Below are positions 15,512-24,778 of a DNA stretch of 38,375 nt, in pieces (positions within the stretch are counted from its first letter, which is position 1; every line of letters begins with the position of its first letter). The notes under the pieces are model-generated. The model had not been told where the DNA came from and searched no databases. It worked only from the letters and a program-made list of their open reading frames with translations. Location of the stretch: IMG/VR virus record IMGVR_UViG_2541047847_000005; one strand, written 5' to 3'. This DNA comes from a virus (taxonomy: Duplodnaviria > Heunggongvirae > Uroviricota > Caudoviricetes). The translations under genes were made by a program, and so were the position numbers.

Positions 15512-15834
15512 CACTGCAGGTTGAATTCTGGACGGTGGTGAGTTTTTTGCTCACCTTCATGGGGTTTGTGGGAGGGCTCGCCAAATGGTTGTTCAGTAAA
15601 ACAGAAGAACGCCAGGCGGCACGATTCGCCTCCCTTGAGCAGGCCCTGCAACAGTCCGCCTCCAACTGGGGCGAACTGGAAAAAGAATTTATGCGATTTA
15701 AAGCGGATTTACCGCTGAATTATGTCCGTCGCGAGGATTATATCCGTGGCCAGACAGTCATCGAGGCCAAACTGGACGCACTCTACAACAAACTGGAAGT
15801 GGTACAGCAGTACCGCAATACCGGAGGTCAATAA
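15508..15834 (+). CDS. membrane-anchored hypothetical protein (108 aa)
   Basis: N-terminal TM segment then charged helical region; position between lysis genes and terminase. Confidence 0.45.
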   Translation: MTLQVEFWTVVSFLLTFMGFVGGLAKWLFSKTEERQAARFASLEQALQQSASNWGELEKEFMRFKADLPLNYVRREDYIRGQTVIEAKLDALYNKLEVVQQYRNTGGQ

Positions 15835-16145
15835 TGGTCGATATTACCCGGGTACGCCGCGAATCCCTGCGCTGGAGTCTGCTGGTTGCCCTGAACAAAA
15901 CCCGCCCTTATACCGCCAGCGAGACGCTGCTGCTGGAAGTGTCCCGCGCCATCTACCCGGACACCACGCAACTGGAGCTGCGCCGTGAGCTTGATTACCT
16001 GGCAGATCGCAAGATGGTGGAACTGGAGAAGAGGCCTTCCGGTGACTGGTTTGCCGATCTGAGTCGCCTTGGTGTGGATATTGTGGAATACACCGTGGAA
16101 TGCGGCCCCGGTATTGCCCGCCCGGAAAAATACTGGAGTGAGTGA
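15834..16145 (+). CDS. hypothetical protein (103 aa)
   Basis: start overlaps stop of upstream gene; position just before terminase genes. Confidence 0.45.
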   Translation: MVDITRVRRESLRWSLLVALNKTRPYTASETLLLEVSRAIYPDTTQLELRRELDYLADRKMVELEKRPSGDWFADLSRLGVDIVEYTVECGPGIARPEKYWSE

Positions 16146-16690
16146 TTATGGGACGTCGCAGCAGCATTGATTCTCTGCCGAAGGAGGTCCGTCGCTGGCT
16201 TGAGCGGGCACTGACGGAGAATAATTTCACCGGCTATGCAGAGCTTGAAAGTCTGTTGAAGGAAAAGGGGTACAGCATCACCCGCTCTTCCCTGCAGCGG
16301 TTTGGCTACAAAATGGAGCAGCAACTGGCCCGGGTGCGGGCGGCAACCGAGGCAGCGCGTCTGCTTGCCCGGGAGGCCGGAGACGATCCTGATGACCGTT
16401 CAGCCGGGCTGATAACCCTCGTCCAGACCGAAATGACGGATATCCTGATGCGCCTGCAGGAGTCGCGGGAAAACGACGATCCCTTCGCCCGGGCAAAACT
16501 GCTGGCAACGGCTTCAAAAAATATCGCCACACTGACCCGCGCCTCGGTCAACCTCAAGCGCTATCAGGCAGAAGTCAGAGAGAGGGTTGAACGTGCTGCC
16601 GCTGCCGCCGAGAAAATTGCCCGTAATGGCGGGCTCTCTGCGGAAGCCGTACAGGCACTGCGCCGGGAAATTCTGGGGGTGGTATCATGA
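16142..16690 (+). CDS. terminase small subunit (Mu gp27-like)
   Basis: 182 aa basic/helical protein immediately upstream of and overlapping the large terminase gene. Confidence 0.55.
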   Translation: MIMGRRSSIDSLPKEVRRWLERALTENNFTGYAELESLLKEKGYSITRSSLQRFGYKMEQQLARVRAATEAARLLAREAGDDPDDRSAGLITLVQTEMTDILMRLQESRENDDPFARAKLLATASKNIATLTRASVNLKRYQAEVRERVERAAAAAEKIARNGGLSAEAVQALRREILGVVS

Positions 16691-18210
16691 CGGAGCTGCC
16701 GCCGCACATTCCTGACACCGCGAGTTATAAGGCCCCTCCCGTTCTGTTGCCCTACCAGCAGCGCTGGGTGGCAGATGCCTCTCCGCTTAAGGTGATAGAA
16801 AAGAGCCGTCGTACCGGTATTACATGGGCTGAGGCATCCGATAACGTACTGACCGCCGCCTCTTCTGCGCCAGCAGGCGGGATGAATGTGTATTACATCG
16901 CTTATAACCAGGACATGACCGTCGAATACATTCAGGCGTGTGCGATGTGGGCACGGGCATTCAACTATGCGGCCAGTGAAATTGAAGAAGGATTCTGGGA
17001 AGAGGACGACGACGACAAACACATCAGGACTTACACCATCAAATTTCCTGACTCCGGCTTTCGTATTGTTGCGCTCTCCAGCCGCCCGTCTAACCTGCGT
17101 GGCCGTCAGGGTATTATTGTTATCGACGAAGCGGCGTTCCATGAGCAACTGGACGAACTGCTGAAAGCGGCGCTGGCGATGCTTATCTGGGGGGGAAAGG
17201 TACGCGTTATCTCCACCCATGACGGTGACGACAATCCGTTCAATACGCTTATCGGGGATATCCGTGCCGGACGTCAGGGAGGCAGCGTACATCGCATTAC
17301 TTTCCGGGAAGCCGTATCTGAGGGGCTGTTCCGGCGCGTTTGTCTGCGCACCGGGAAGGAATGGTCGGAGGCATCCGAGCAGGCCTGGATGGCGTCGGTG
17401 TACAAATTCTACGGTGCCGGTGCATCCGAAGAGCTTGACTGTATTCCGGCCAACGGTGGCGGTGCCTGGCTGTCCCGAGCCCTGATAGAGTCCCGCATGT
17501 CCGCTGATACGCCGGTATTGCGTCTGACCTGCAAGGAAGGTTATGAACTGCTGTCTGATGAGGTTCGCTTCCGCGAGACGCAGGACTGGCTTGATGAGCA
17601 TCTGAAACCATTACTGGAGGCGCTCCCCGCTGGTGCCCGCTCTTTTCTGGGGCGTGACTTTGGCCGTAGCGGGGATTTGTCGGTGGACTACCCGTTGTTG
17701 CAGGAGAAGAACCTGATACGACGCGTGCCATTCGTACTGGAGTTGCGTAACGTGCCGTTCAGGCAGCAGGAGCAAATCACCTGGTATCTGATGGATGGCC
17801 TGCCCGGTCTGCTGGGTGCAGCGTTTGATGCCCGTGGTAATGGTGCCTATCTGGCTGAATACGCCATGCAGCGCTACGGCTCCGGCCGGGTTCAGCAGGT
17901 GATGCCAACCGAAGGCTGGTACCGGGAGCATATGCCTCCGGTCAAAGCTGCACTGGAAGACGGTAACCTGGTGGACTTACCAAAGGATGAAGACACACTG
18001 GATGACCTGCGGGCCGTTCAGGTGGTGAACGGTGTCCCCCGCGTGCCGGAGCAACGCTCAAAAGCAAAGGCTGATGGTGGTAAACGTCACGGGGATTCAG
18101 CCATCGCACTGGCGCTGGCGTATTTCGCCAGCCGTGAAATTAACAAAGGGCCGGTGAAGGCAAGCTCACGCCGTCGTCGTCAGGCGGCCCGCATGCTGGA
18201 GGGGTACTGA
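16687..18210 (+). CDS. terminase large subunit (Mu gp28-like)
   Basis: 507 aa; ATPase-like N-terminal region (GIIVIDEAAF) and nuclease-like C-terminal region; position before portal. Confidence 0.8.
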   Translation: MTELPPHIPDTASYKAPPVLLPYQQRWVADASPLKVIEKSRRTGITWAEASDNVLTAASSAPAGGMNVYYIAYNQDMTVEYIQACAMWARAFNYAASEIEEGFWEEDDDDKHIRTYTIKFPDSGFRIVALSSRPSNLRGRQGIIVIDEAAFHEQLDELLKAALAMLIWGGKVRVISTHDGDDNPFNTLIGDIRAGRQGGSVHRITFREAVSEGLFRRVCLRTGKEWSEASEQAWMASVYKFYGAGASEELDCIPANGGGAWLSRALIESRMSADTPVLRLTCKEGYELLSDEVRFRETQDWLDEHLKPLLEALPAGARSFLGRDFGRSGDLSVDYPLLQEKNLIRRVPFVLELRNVPFRQQEQITWYLMDGLPGLLGAAFDARGNGAYLAEYAMQRYGSGRVQQVMPTEGWYREHMPPVKAALEDGNLVDLPKDEDTLDDLRAVQVVNGVPRVPEQRSKAKADGGKRHGDSAIALALAYFASREINKGPVKASSRRRRQAARMLEGY

Positions 18211-19706
18211 TGGCTAAAGGTATCTGGGTTTCACCCGATGAATTTGTTGCTTTTTCTGAGCCTCAGAAATCACTGACCGCGCAGATTGCCTCCCGCAGCC
18301 GCGCGATCGACTTTTACGGACTGGGCATGTATCTGCCCAATCCTGATCCCATTCTCAAGGCTCAGGGACGGGATATCCGTATCTACCGCGAACTGCGCAC
18401 CGACCCGCTGGTCGGGGGCTGTATCCGCAGACGTAAAGCAGCGCTTAAATCGCTGGAGCGTGGACTGGAGCGTGGTCACGCCTCTGCCCGGGTCTTCCGT
18501 TTCATCCGCGACATGCTCGACGATCTGGATCTGTCCCGCATCATCGGTGAAATGAGCGATGCCGTGCTCTACGGGTATCAGCCCTGTGAAATCATGTGGG
18601 GCCGTTCGGTCAGGTCGTGGGCGGTGACGGATATTGTCGGCAAACCGCCTGAGTGGTTTCAGTTTGATACGGACAACTGCCTGCGCTTCCGGGCGCGTGA
18701 TGCGGGTGTGGAGGGTGAGCTGCTGTCACCGTCAAAATTCGTGGTGCCGGCACAGGATGCCTCGTATGACAATCCTTACGGTTTCCCGGACCTGTCCATG
18801 TGCTTCTGGCCGGTCGCCTTCAAGAAAGGCGGGATGAAATTCTGGCTCCGCTTTGCCGAAAAGTTTGGCTCCCCGTGGGTGATCGGTAAGCACCCGAGGG
18901 GGGCAAATGATGCAGAGATTGAAAAACTGCTGGACTCCATGGAGCAGATGGTGGAGGACGCGGTGGCCGCCATCCCCGATGACAGCAGCATCGAACTCAA
19001 AGCCGCGGATGGTAAGGCGGACAGCAGCGAGGTATTCCGCGAGCTGATCACACTGTCACGCAGTGAGATCTCCATTGCATTACTTGGTCAGAATCAGACC
19101 ACGGAAGCGAACAGTAACAAGGCCTCTGCACAGGCCGGGCTGGAGGTAACGGCTGATATCCGCGATGCGGATGCGGACATCATTCAGGCAGCAGTGAATC
19201 AGGTTATCAGAACGGTGGTCACCCTGAACTTCGGCGATGTGCCGTGTCCGGTCTGGGCCATGTGGGAACAGGAGACCATTGATGACACCCGCGCCACCCG
19301 CGACGAAAAACTCACCCGGGCGGGTCTGCGTCTGACCCCGCAATACTTTAAGCGTGAGTACCAGCTGCAGGACGGCGATATTGACGAGACACCACCGTCG
19401 GAACGCCAGAATAACATGCTGCCGCTGTCATTTGCCGAGGCGATTGATGCCGATATTCAGGCTCAGCAGCAGCTTGACGACGCGCTGGACATTCTGATGA
19501 ACGGAGGTGTGTTAAATGGCACGCTGGAACCCGTCCTGGCACCTCTGTTTAAGCGGGTCGAAAACGGGGTTAACCCGACTGAGCTGCTGGGCGAACTGGC
19601 GGAGCTCTACCCTCAGATGAACACGGACGATCTGCAGGAACGGCTGGCCCGTATTCTCTTTGTGGCAAATATCTGGGGACGTCTGCATGAGCGTGACAAC
19701 GGCTGA
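18210..19706 (+). CDS. portal protein (Mu gp29-like)
   Basis: 498 aa; follows large terminase with ATGA overlap; size and position typical of a Mu-type portal. Confidence 0.8.
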   Translation: MAKGIWVSPDEFVAFSEPQKSLTAQIASRSRAIDFYGLGMYLPNPDPILKAQGRDIRIYRELRTDPLVGGCIRRRKAALKSLERGLERGHASARVFRFIRDMLDDLDLSRIIGEMSDAVLYGYQPCEIMWGRSVRSWAVTDIVGKPPEWFQFDTDNCLRFRARDAGVEGELLSPSKFVVPAQDASYDNPYGFPDLSMCFWPVAFKKGGMKFWLRFAEKFGSPWVIGKHPRGANDAEIEKLLDSMEQMVEDAVAAIPDDSSIELKAADGKADSSEVFRELITLSRSEISIALLGQNQTTEANSNKASAQAGLEVTADIRDADADIIQAAVNQVIRTVVTLNFGDVPCPVWAMWEQETIDDTRATRDEKLTRAGLRLTPQYFKREYQLQDGDIDETPPSERQNNMLPLSFAEAIDADIQAQQQLDDALDILMNGGVLNGTLEPVLAPLFKRVENGVNPTELLGELAELYPQMNTDDLQERLARILFVANIWGRLHERDNG

Positions 19707-20508
19707 ACTGGCGTACTGCATGACGCTTCCCCCGAAGCGGGCAGTCAGTTACCTGAAGTCCAAAGGGTATCAGATTACCTGGGACTGGGAAGAAATGTGG
19801 CAGGAGGCCCATGCCCGCGCCTTTACCGTTGCTAAAGTGACCCGCCTGGATATCCTGGAAGATATTCGCGGGGCACTGCAGCAGGCTGTCGATGAAGGAA
19901 AAACCGATCGCTGGTTCCGGCAGGAGCTGGAGCCGGTGCTGAAGCGTAAGGGATGGTGGGGACCACGTGACACGACTGACCCGGTAACGGGTAAGCCGGT
20001 CACCATTCAGCAGGGCAGTCCGTGGCGGCTCGATACCATCTTTCGCACCAATATGTCCGTACTCTACAGCGCCGGTCGTTGGGCGGAACAGATGGAAAAC
20101 GTCGACGACAGGCCGTACTGGATGTATACCGGCATCAACGACAGCCATACCCGCAGGAGCCATCTGGCGCTGCATGGTCTGGTGCTGCGCTGGGATGACC
20201 CGTTCTGGCAGGCATTTTACCCGCCGAACGGCTGGCGCTGCCGCTGTAGTGTGATTGCCCTGAGTGCGGCGGATGTCCGTGCCCGTGGCCTGAAGGTTAT
20301 CAGCTCCGGCTCTGCCATGGGCCAGGAACTGAAACTGGTCTCAGAGAAAACCGGCGAAATGCGGAACGTGGCCACCTTTAATACCGGCACCACGAAGGTG
20401 ACCACCGACGTCGGCTGGTCTTATGCACCGGGGGCAGCATACCGTCCCGACCTGGCCCGCTATCAGGGTACGCTTCAGCCACTGGCACAACAGGAACTGA
20501 GAGGATAA
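19687..20508 (+). CDS. head morphogenesis protein (Mu F-like)
   Basis: ORF 19660..20508, preferred ATG at 19687; motif HTRRSHLALHGLV...FYPPNGWRCRC typical of the Mu F family. Confidence 0.7.
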   Translation: MSVTTAELAYCMTLPPKRAVSYLKSKGYQITWDWEEMWQEAHARAFTVAKVTRLDILEDIRGALQQAVDEGKTDRWFRQELEPVLKRKGWWGPRDTTDPVTGKPVTIQQGSPWRLDTIFRTNMSVLYSAGRWAEQMENVDDRPYWMYTGINDSHTRRSHLALHGLVLRWDDPFWQAFYPPNGWRCRCSVIALSAADVRARGLKVISSGSAMGQELKLVSEKTGEMRNVATFNTGTTKVTTDVGWSYAPGAAYRPDLARYQGTLQPLAQQELRG

Positions 20509-20510
20509 CA

Positions 20511-20969
20511 ATGGCTTCCGATAACCTGGTCAGTATCACCATTAACGATAAATCCCTGCGCCGGAGCCTCCGTGCGCTGGATCTTGCTGCCACAGACCTG
20601 GAGCCCGCGATGCGCAAAATCGCCGGAACCCTGCTGGCGGAAACACAGTTTAACTTTCTTGATGAGGGGCGTCCGGGGTGGATCCCCTCGCTGGCAGCGG
20701 AAGAACGTGACGGGCAGACACTGCAGGATACCGGGCGTCTGATGGGGTCAGTATCAACCGACCATGACGACCGGCAGGCTGTTGTGGGGACCAACGTTGT
20801 TTACGGTGCCATTCACCAGTTCGGGGGTAAAACGGGGCGTAATGAGTCTGTTGAACTTCCGGCCCGCCCGTTCCTGCCGGTGACGGGGGATGGAGAACTA
20901 CAGCCTGAAGTGGTAATCCCCATCCTCGATACCATTGTCCGCCATCTTGAATCAGCGGCCCGTCGCTGA
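20511..20969 (+). CDS. virion morphogenesis protein (Mu G-like)
   Basis: 152 aa in the Mu G position between F and I. Confidence 0.55.
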   Translation: MASDNLVSITINDKSLRRSLRALDLAATDLEPAMRKIAGTLLAETQFNFLDEGRPGWIPSLAAEERDGQTLQDTGRLMGSVSTDHDDRQAVVGTNVVYGAIHQFGGKTGRNESVELPARPFLPVTGDGELQPEVVIPILDTIVRHLESAARR

Positions 20970-21183
20970 GTTTTCTCTCTTCAGGCGGGTGATTTATCAT
21001 TGCCAGCGAATGAGGGGCTGTATTACCTTTATAAAGGCTTTACAGCCTCTGTTTTATAACCGCCTCCGGTTCACCGCATTGCTTTCCCTGTCCTTCTCCC
21101 CTGATGTTTTCTAAAGCAGATTAAAATCGCCGGGCCTGCATTTCTCACAAACTGTCTCCGACAACATAACGCGGGACAGCAAA
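20970..21183 (+). promoter_or_regulatory. intergenic region upstream of the I-like gene; candidate late promoter
   Basis: 214-bp non-coding gap inside the otherwise tightly packed late region; two small hairpins followed by T-rich runs. Confidence 0.3.
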
Positions 21184-22299
21184 ATGTCAGCCATTCACAT
21201 TTTTAAAGCCGGTACTCATACCGATATGCACGGCAAAAAACTGCCGTTCACGCCAGACGATCTTGCCGCCTGCGTGAAAGCCTATGACCCGTCCGTCCAT
21301 GAAGCACCACTCGTGATTGGTCATCCCAGAATGGAAGACCCGGCGTGGGGCTGGGTGAAAGCCCTGTCGCTCAGCGGCGTCGATCTGATGGCAGAGCCTG
21401 CCCAGCTGGACCCGCAGTTTGCTGAGATGGTCACCGACGGACGATTCAAAAAAGTGTCCGCCTCTTTCTACCTCCCGGATTCACCGTCCAATCCGAAGCC
21501 CGGCGTGCTCTACCTTCGCCATGTGGGCTTTCTCGGGGCACAGCCACCTTCCGTCAAGGGGCTGAAACAGGTGTCCTTCAGTGAGCAGGAAGAAGGTGTG
21601 GTGGAGTTCGCCGACTGGCAGGCCATCACGAATGCCTCCCTGTGGGGAAAGCTGCGCGATTTTCTGATCGCCCGCTTCAGTCTGGACGAGGCAGAAAAAG
21701 TCCTGCCGGAATGGCAGCTCAACAGTCTGCGCGAAGAGGCGTACCGCGACACACTGTCGCAGGATGCAGCAGGTGCACAATTCAGTGAGACAGGCCCGGG
21801 GCCGTCTTCCGCAAGTAACGAGGAATCATCGATGACAAAAGAAGAGATTGAAGCCCTTCAGGAGGAGAACCGCCGCCTGAAGCAGCAGGCTGCTGATCGC
21901 GATGCGCGTGATGCACAGGTCAGACAGGAGCAACTGCATAAGGACAATGTGGCCTTTGCAGAAAAACTGGTCGCAGAGGGCCGTCTGGCTCCCCGCGCCT
22001 CCTCCGTGGTGGTTGCCCTGCTGGATGCCGTCGCCGGTGGCGACAAGCCGGTGGAGTTTGCTGAGGGGGAAAGCCGCACACCGCTGGCCACCGCCTTTCG
22101 TTCATTGCTCTCCGACGGGGAGCCGGTGATGAATTTCGCCGAACAGGCCACAAAAGAGCGTGTCGGCGACACGGTGAAGGTGGATGTGGCAGAGTTTGCG
22201 GAAGCCGATCCTGAGCGTCTGGCCCTGCATCAGAAAGCAGTGGCCCTGTCCAAAAAAGAAGGCATCAGCTATGAGGCTGCTGTCGCACGCTGCCTGTAA
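21184..22299 (+). CDS. head maturation protease/scaffold (Mu I-like)
   Basis: 371 aa; N-terminal protease-like domain and charged helical Ala/Glu/Arg-rich C-terminal scaffold-like region; directly upstream of the major capsid gene. Confidence 0.7.
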   Translation: MSAIHIFKAGTHTDMHGKKLPFTPDDLAACVKAYDPSVHEAPLVIGHPRMEDPAWGWVKALSLSGVDLMAEPAQLDPQFAEMVTDGRFKKVSASFYLPDSPSNPKPGVLYLRHVGFLGAQPPSVKGLKQVSFSEQEEGVVEFADWQAITNASLWGKLRDFLIARFSLDEAEKVLPEWQLNSLREEAYRDTLSQDAAGAQFSETGPGPSSASNEESSMTKEEIEALQEENRRLKQQAADRDARDAQVRQEQLHKDNVAFAEKLVAEGRLAPRASSVVVALLDAVAGGDKPVEFAEGESRTPLATAFRSLLSDGEPVMNFAEQATKERVGDTVKVDVAEFAEADPERLALHQKAVALSKKEGISYEAAVARCL

Positions 22300-22313
22300 T
22301 TTAAGGAGAGAGC

Positions 22314-23267
22314 ATGTCTGATTACTTAAAAGGTAAACGTGTCGTTGATCCGGTACTGACCAGTATCGCCCGTGGCTATAAAAATGCCGCATTCATCGGC
22401 GAACGTATTTTCCCCGTCGTGCTGACGGACAAGGAAGGCGTGCGTGTACCGACCTTCGGGAAAACCGCCTTTGTGGAATATGACACCGAGCGTGCCGTCG
22501 GGGCGGACAGCAATGTTCTGGTCCGTGAAAAAACAGGCACGCTGGACCTGGTGCTGGGTGAACACGATCTGGCTGCGCCGGTGGACTATCGCGAGCAGGC
22601 GGAGTCCATGTTTAACGAAGAGAGCAAGGCCATCCGTCGCGCCACGAATGGCGTGAACCTGCGCCGTGAACTTATCGCTGCCCGTCTGGCTCAGGATGAA
22701 AAGGTCTACCGTACCGGGCACGTCAAAAAACTGACAGCCAGTGATCGCTGGGCCGGTGGTAAGGGGGACCCCATCGGGGTGATTGAAGCCGGTATGGAAG
22801 CGGTCCGTACGGCCACGGGGCTGCGTCCTAACCTGATGACCATGGGGGCCGGCGTGATGGCGCTGCTGAAGTTCCACCCGGCGATTCAGGCCGCCATCGG
22901 AGCCAACGAACGCAAGCGCATCACCACAGAAATCCTGCAGGACCTCTTTCAGATCGAAGAGATCGTCATCGGTGCCCCGGTCTCCCTGCCGTCCATGAAA
23001 GCGGCAATGGATAAGAACAGCGTGCCGGCGGATATCTGGGGAGACAATCTGATGCTGCACTATGTCGGCAAACCGCAGCCGGGGGCGGACAGCGCGGACG
23101 AGAACGAGCCGTCCTTCGGCTACACCCTGCGTCGTAAGGGGATGCCTGTTGCCGACAAATACGACGGAGCCGGTGGCAAGGTGAAGTACTGCCGTTATAC
23201 CGATATCTACAAAGTCGCCGTGGTTGGTGGCGATGCCGGGTATCTCATTACCGGTATCAGTAAATAA
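22314..23267 (+). CDS. major capsid protein (Mu T-like)
   Basis: 317 aa; AAGGAG upstream; position after protease/scaffold. Confidence 0.8.
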   Translation: MSDYLKGKRVVDPVLTSIARGYKNAAFIGERIFPVVLTDKEGVRVPTFGKTAFVEYDTERAVGADSNVLVREKTGTLDLVLGEHDLAAPVDYREQAESMFNEESKAIRRATNGVNLRRELIAARLAQDEKVYRTGHVKKLTASDRWAGGKGDPIGVIEAGMEAVRTATGLRPNLMTMGAGVMALLKFHPAIQAAIGANERKRITTEILQDLFQIEEIVIGAPVSLPSMKAAMDKNSVPADIWGDNLMLHYVGKPQPGADSADENEPSFGYTLRRKGMPVADKYDGAGGKVKYCRYTDIYKVAVVGGDAGYLITGISK

Positions 23268-23276
23268 GGAGGCGTT

Positions 23277-23615
23277 ATGGGAACCACTCAGCAGGTCATT
23301 CTGATCACAACCGTAACGGCAGGGGCAGCACTGGCACAGCAGCGTTTTGTCGGGGCAGATAATACCCCCTGTAAAGCCGGTGCCGCAGCGCTCGGGGTTG
23401 CCGAAGTGGATGCTGTTACCGGCGACAGCACGCCGGTGAGCGTTCTGGGCATTATTGCTGTCGAGGCCGGGGCCGCTGTCAGCCGTGGTGTGGCTGTTCA
23501 GTCAGATGCTCAGGCCAGAGCCGTGCCGCAGTCCGGCGACGGTAAATCCTGTGGTATTGCACTTGATGAAGCCGGGGGTGAAGGCGACGTCATTCGTATC
23601 CTGCGCGGGGTGTGA
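23277..23615 (+). CDS. small Ala/Val/Gly-rich head-associated protein (DUF2190-like)
   Basis: 112 aa; AGGAGG upstream; position after capsid gene. Confidence 0.5.
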   Translation: MGTTQQVILITTVTAGAALAQQRFVGADNTPCKAGAAALGVAEVDAVTGDSTPVSVLGIIAVEAGAAVSRGVAVQSDAQARAVPQSGDGKSCGIALDEAGGEGDVIRILRGV

Positions 23616-23616
23616 C

Positions 23617-24063
23617 ATGTACTGCACCCTGGAGGATTTGCTTGCGCAGGTGCCGGAGCGGACGCTTATCGAGCTCACCAGTGAAGAGATGGACTTCGAC
23701 TCGCCTGCAACAGTGAATACCCGTGTGGTGGACAGCTGTATCCGCTATGCCGACGAGCTGATTGATGCCCATCTGCGCGGACGCTATATCCTGCCACTGG
23801 CAGAGATACCGACTGTTCTGCGGGACATTGCCATCACGCTGGTCCGTTACCGGCTCTACGCCCGCCGCCCGGAAGGTGACCTCCCGGATACGGTGAAGGA
23901 TGACCACAAAGAAGCGCTGCGGCAACTCAGGGAGTTACGTGATAACAGGCTCACGCTGGGGCTGCCGTCCACTCAGAAAGATGTGCCTGAGCCTGGCGAG
24001 TTTCGTGTACGCAGTCGCCCGGCCACTTTCGGCGGTCGTGACGGTTTACTGGAGAAATACTGA
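23617..24063 (+). CDS. head-tail connector protein (Mu gp36-like)
   Basis: ORF 23455..24063, ATG at 23617 overlaps upstream stop; conserved module position. Confidence 0.5.
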   Translation: MYCTLEDLLAQVPERTLIELTSEEMDFDSPATVNTRVVDSCIRYADELIDAHLRGRYILPLAEIPTVLRDIAITLVRYRLYARRPEGDLPDTVKDDHKEALRQLRELRDNRLTLGLPSTQKDVPEPGEFRVRSRPATFGGRDGLLEKY

Positions 24064-24527
24064 TGAACGTTCTGCCCGTCCTTGATGCGGTACTGGCCCG
24101 GTTACGCGAGAAGCTGCCGCAACTGCAGGTGGAGTACTTCCCGGAGAAACCGGCTGAATATCGCCTGAACCATCCGGTTGGCGCGTTGCTGTTGAGCTAT
24201 GCCGGTTCGCGCTTTGACAGGCCGGATGATACCGGTGCGGTGATCCAGTCTCAGACTATCCAGCTCTGCGTCACGGTGGTCTTCCGCCAGCTCAACGGTA
24301 AAAAAGGGGCGATTAATGTCCTGGATGCTGTCCGCCGCATTCTCGGTGGCCACACCCCGCCCGGCTGCCGCCGCCGTATCTGGCTGACCCGCGAGGTGTT
24401 TATCGGTGAAGTCAGGGGGCTGTGGCAGTACGCCCTCGACTTCGCGACTGAAAGCGTCTTTATCGAAGACAGCGATTTACCGTCCGGCCCGCTGTTAACC
24501 GAAGTGAACTATGAGGAAAGCGAGTGA
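24063..24527 (+). CDS. head-tail joining protein (Mu gp37-like)
   Basis: ATGA overlap with upstream gene; module position. Confidence 0.5.
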   Translation: MNVLPVLDAVLARLREKLPQLQVEYFPEKPAEYRLNHPVGALLLSYAGSRFDRPDDTGAVIQSQTIQLCVTVVFRQLNGKKGAINVLDAVRRILGGHTPPGCRRRIWLTREVFIGEVRGLWQYALDFATESVFIEDSDLPSGPLLTEVNYEESE

Positions 24528-24778
24528 TGAAAGAATACCGCTATTCCGGCCCGGCCAGCGGCGTCACGCTGTCGGACGGAACCGAAATCCTGCTCTGGCC
24601 GGGGAAGACGGTTTCCCTGCCGGAGGAGCATGACTACGTGAAGGTACTGGTGGCGCTGAAACATCTGACGCCGGTACCTGAAGAGACTAAACCCGCCGGC
24701 ACACCGGCTGTGCAGTCACCAAAGCGCAGAAGCAGCAGTGACAGCGAAGTGAAAACGGAGGACACCCATGGCAGCTAA
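24524..24778 (+). CDS. hypothetical small protein preceding sheath
   Basis: 84 aa; overlaps both neighbours. Confidence 0.45.
   Translation: MMKEYRYSGPASGVTLSDGTEILLWPGKTVSLPEEHDYVKVLVALKHLTPVPEETKPAGTPAVQSPKRRSSSDSEVKTEDTHGS

Noticed and set aside
16564-17601. 345-aa minus-strand ORF
   Set aside because: Antisense to the large terminase gene; no ribosome-binding site.
22326-23060. 244-aa minus-strand ORF
   Set aside because: Antisense to the major capsid gene.
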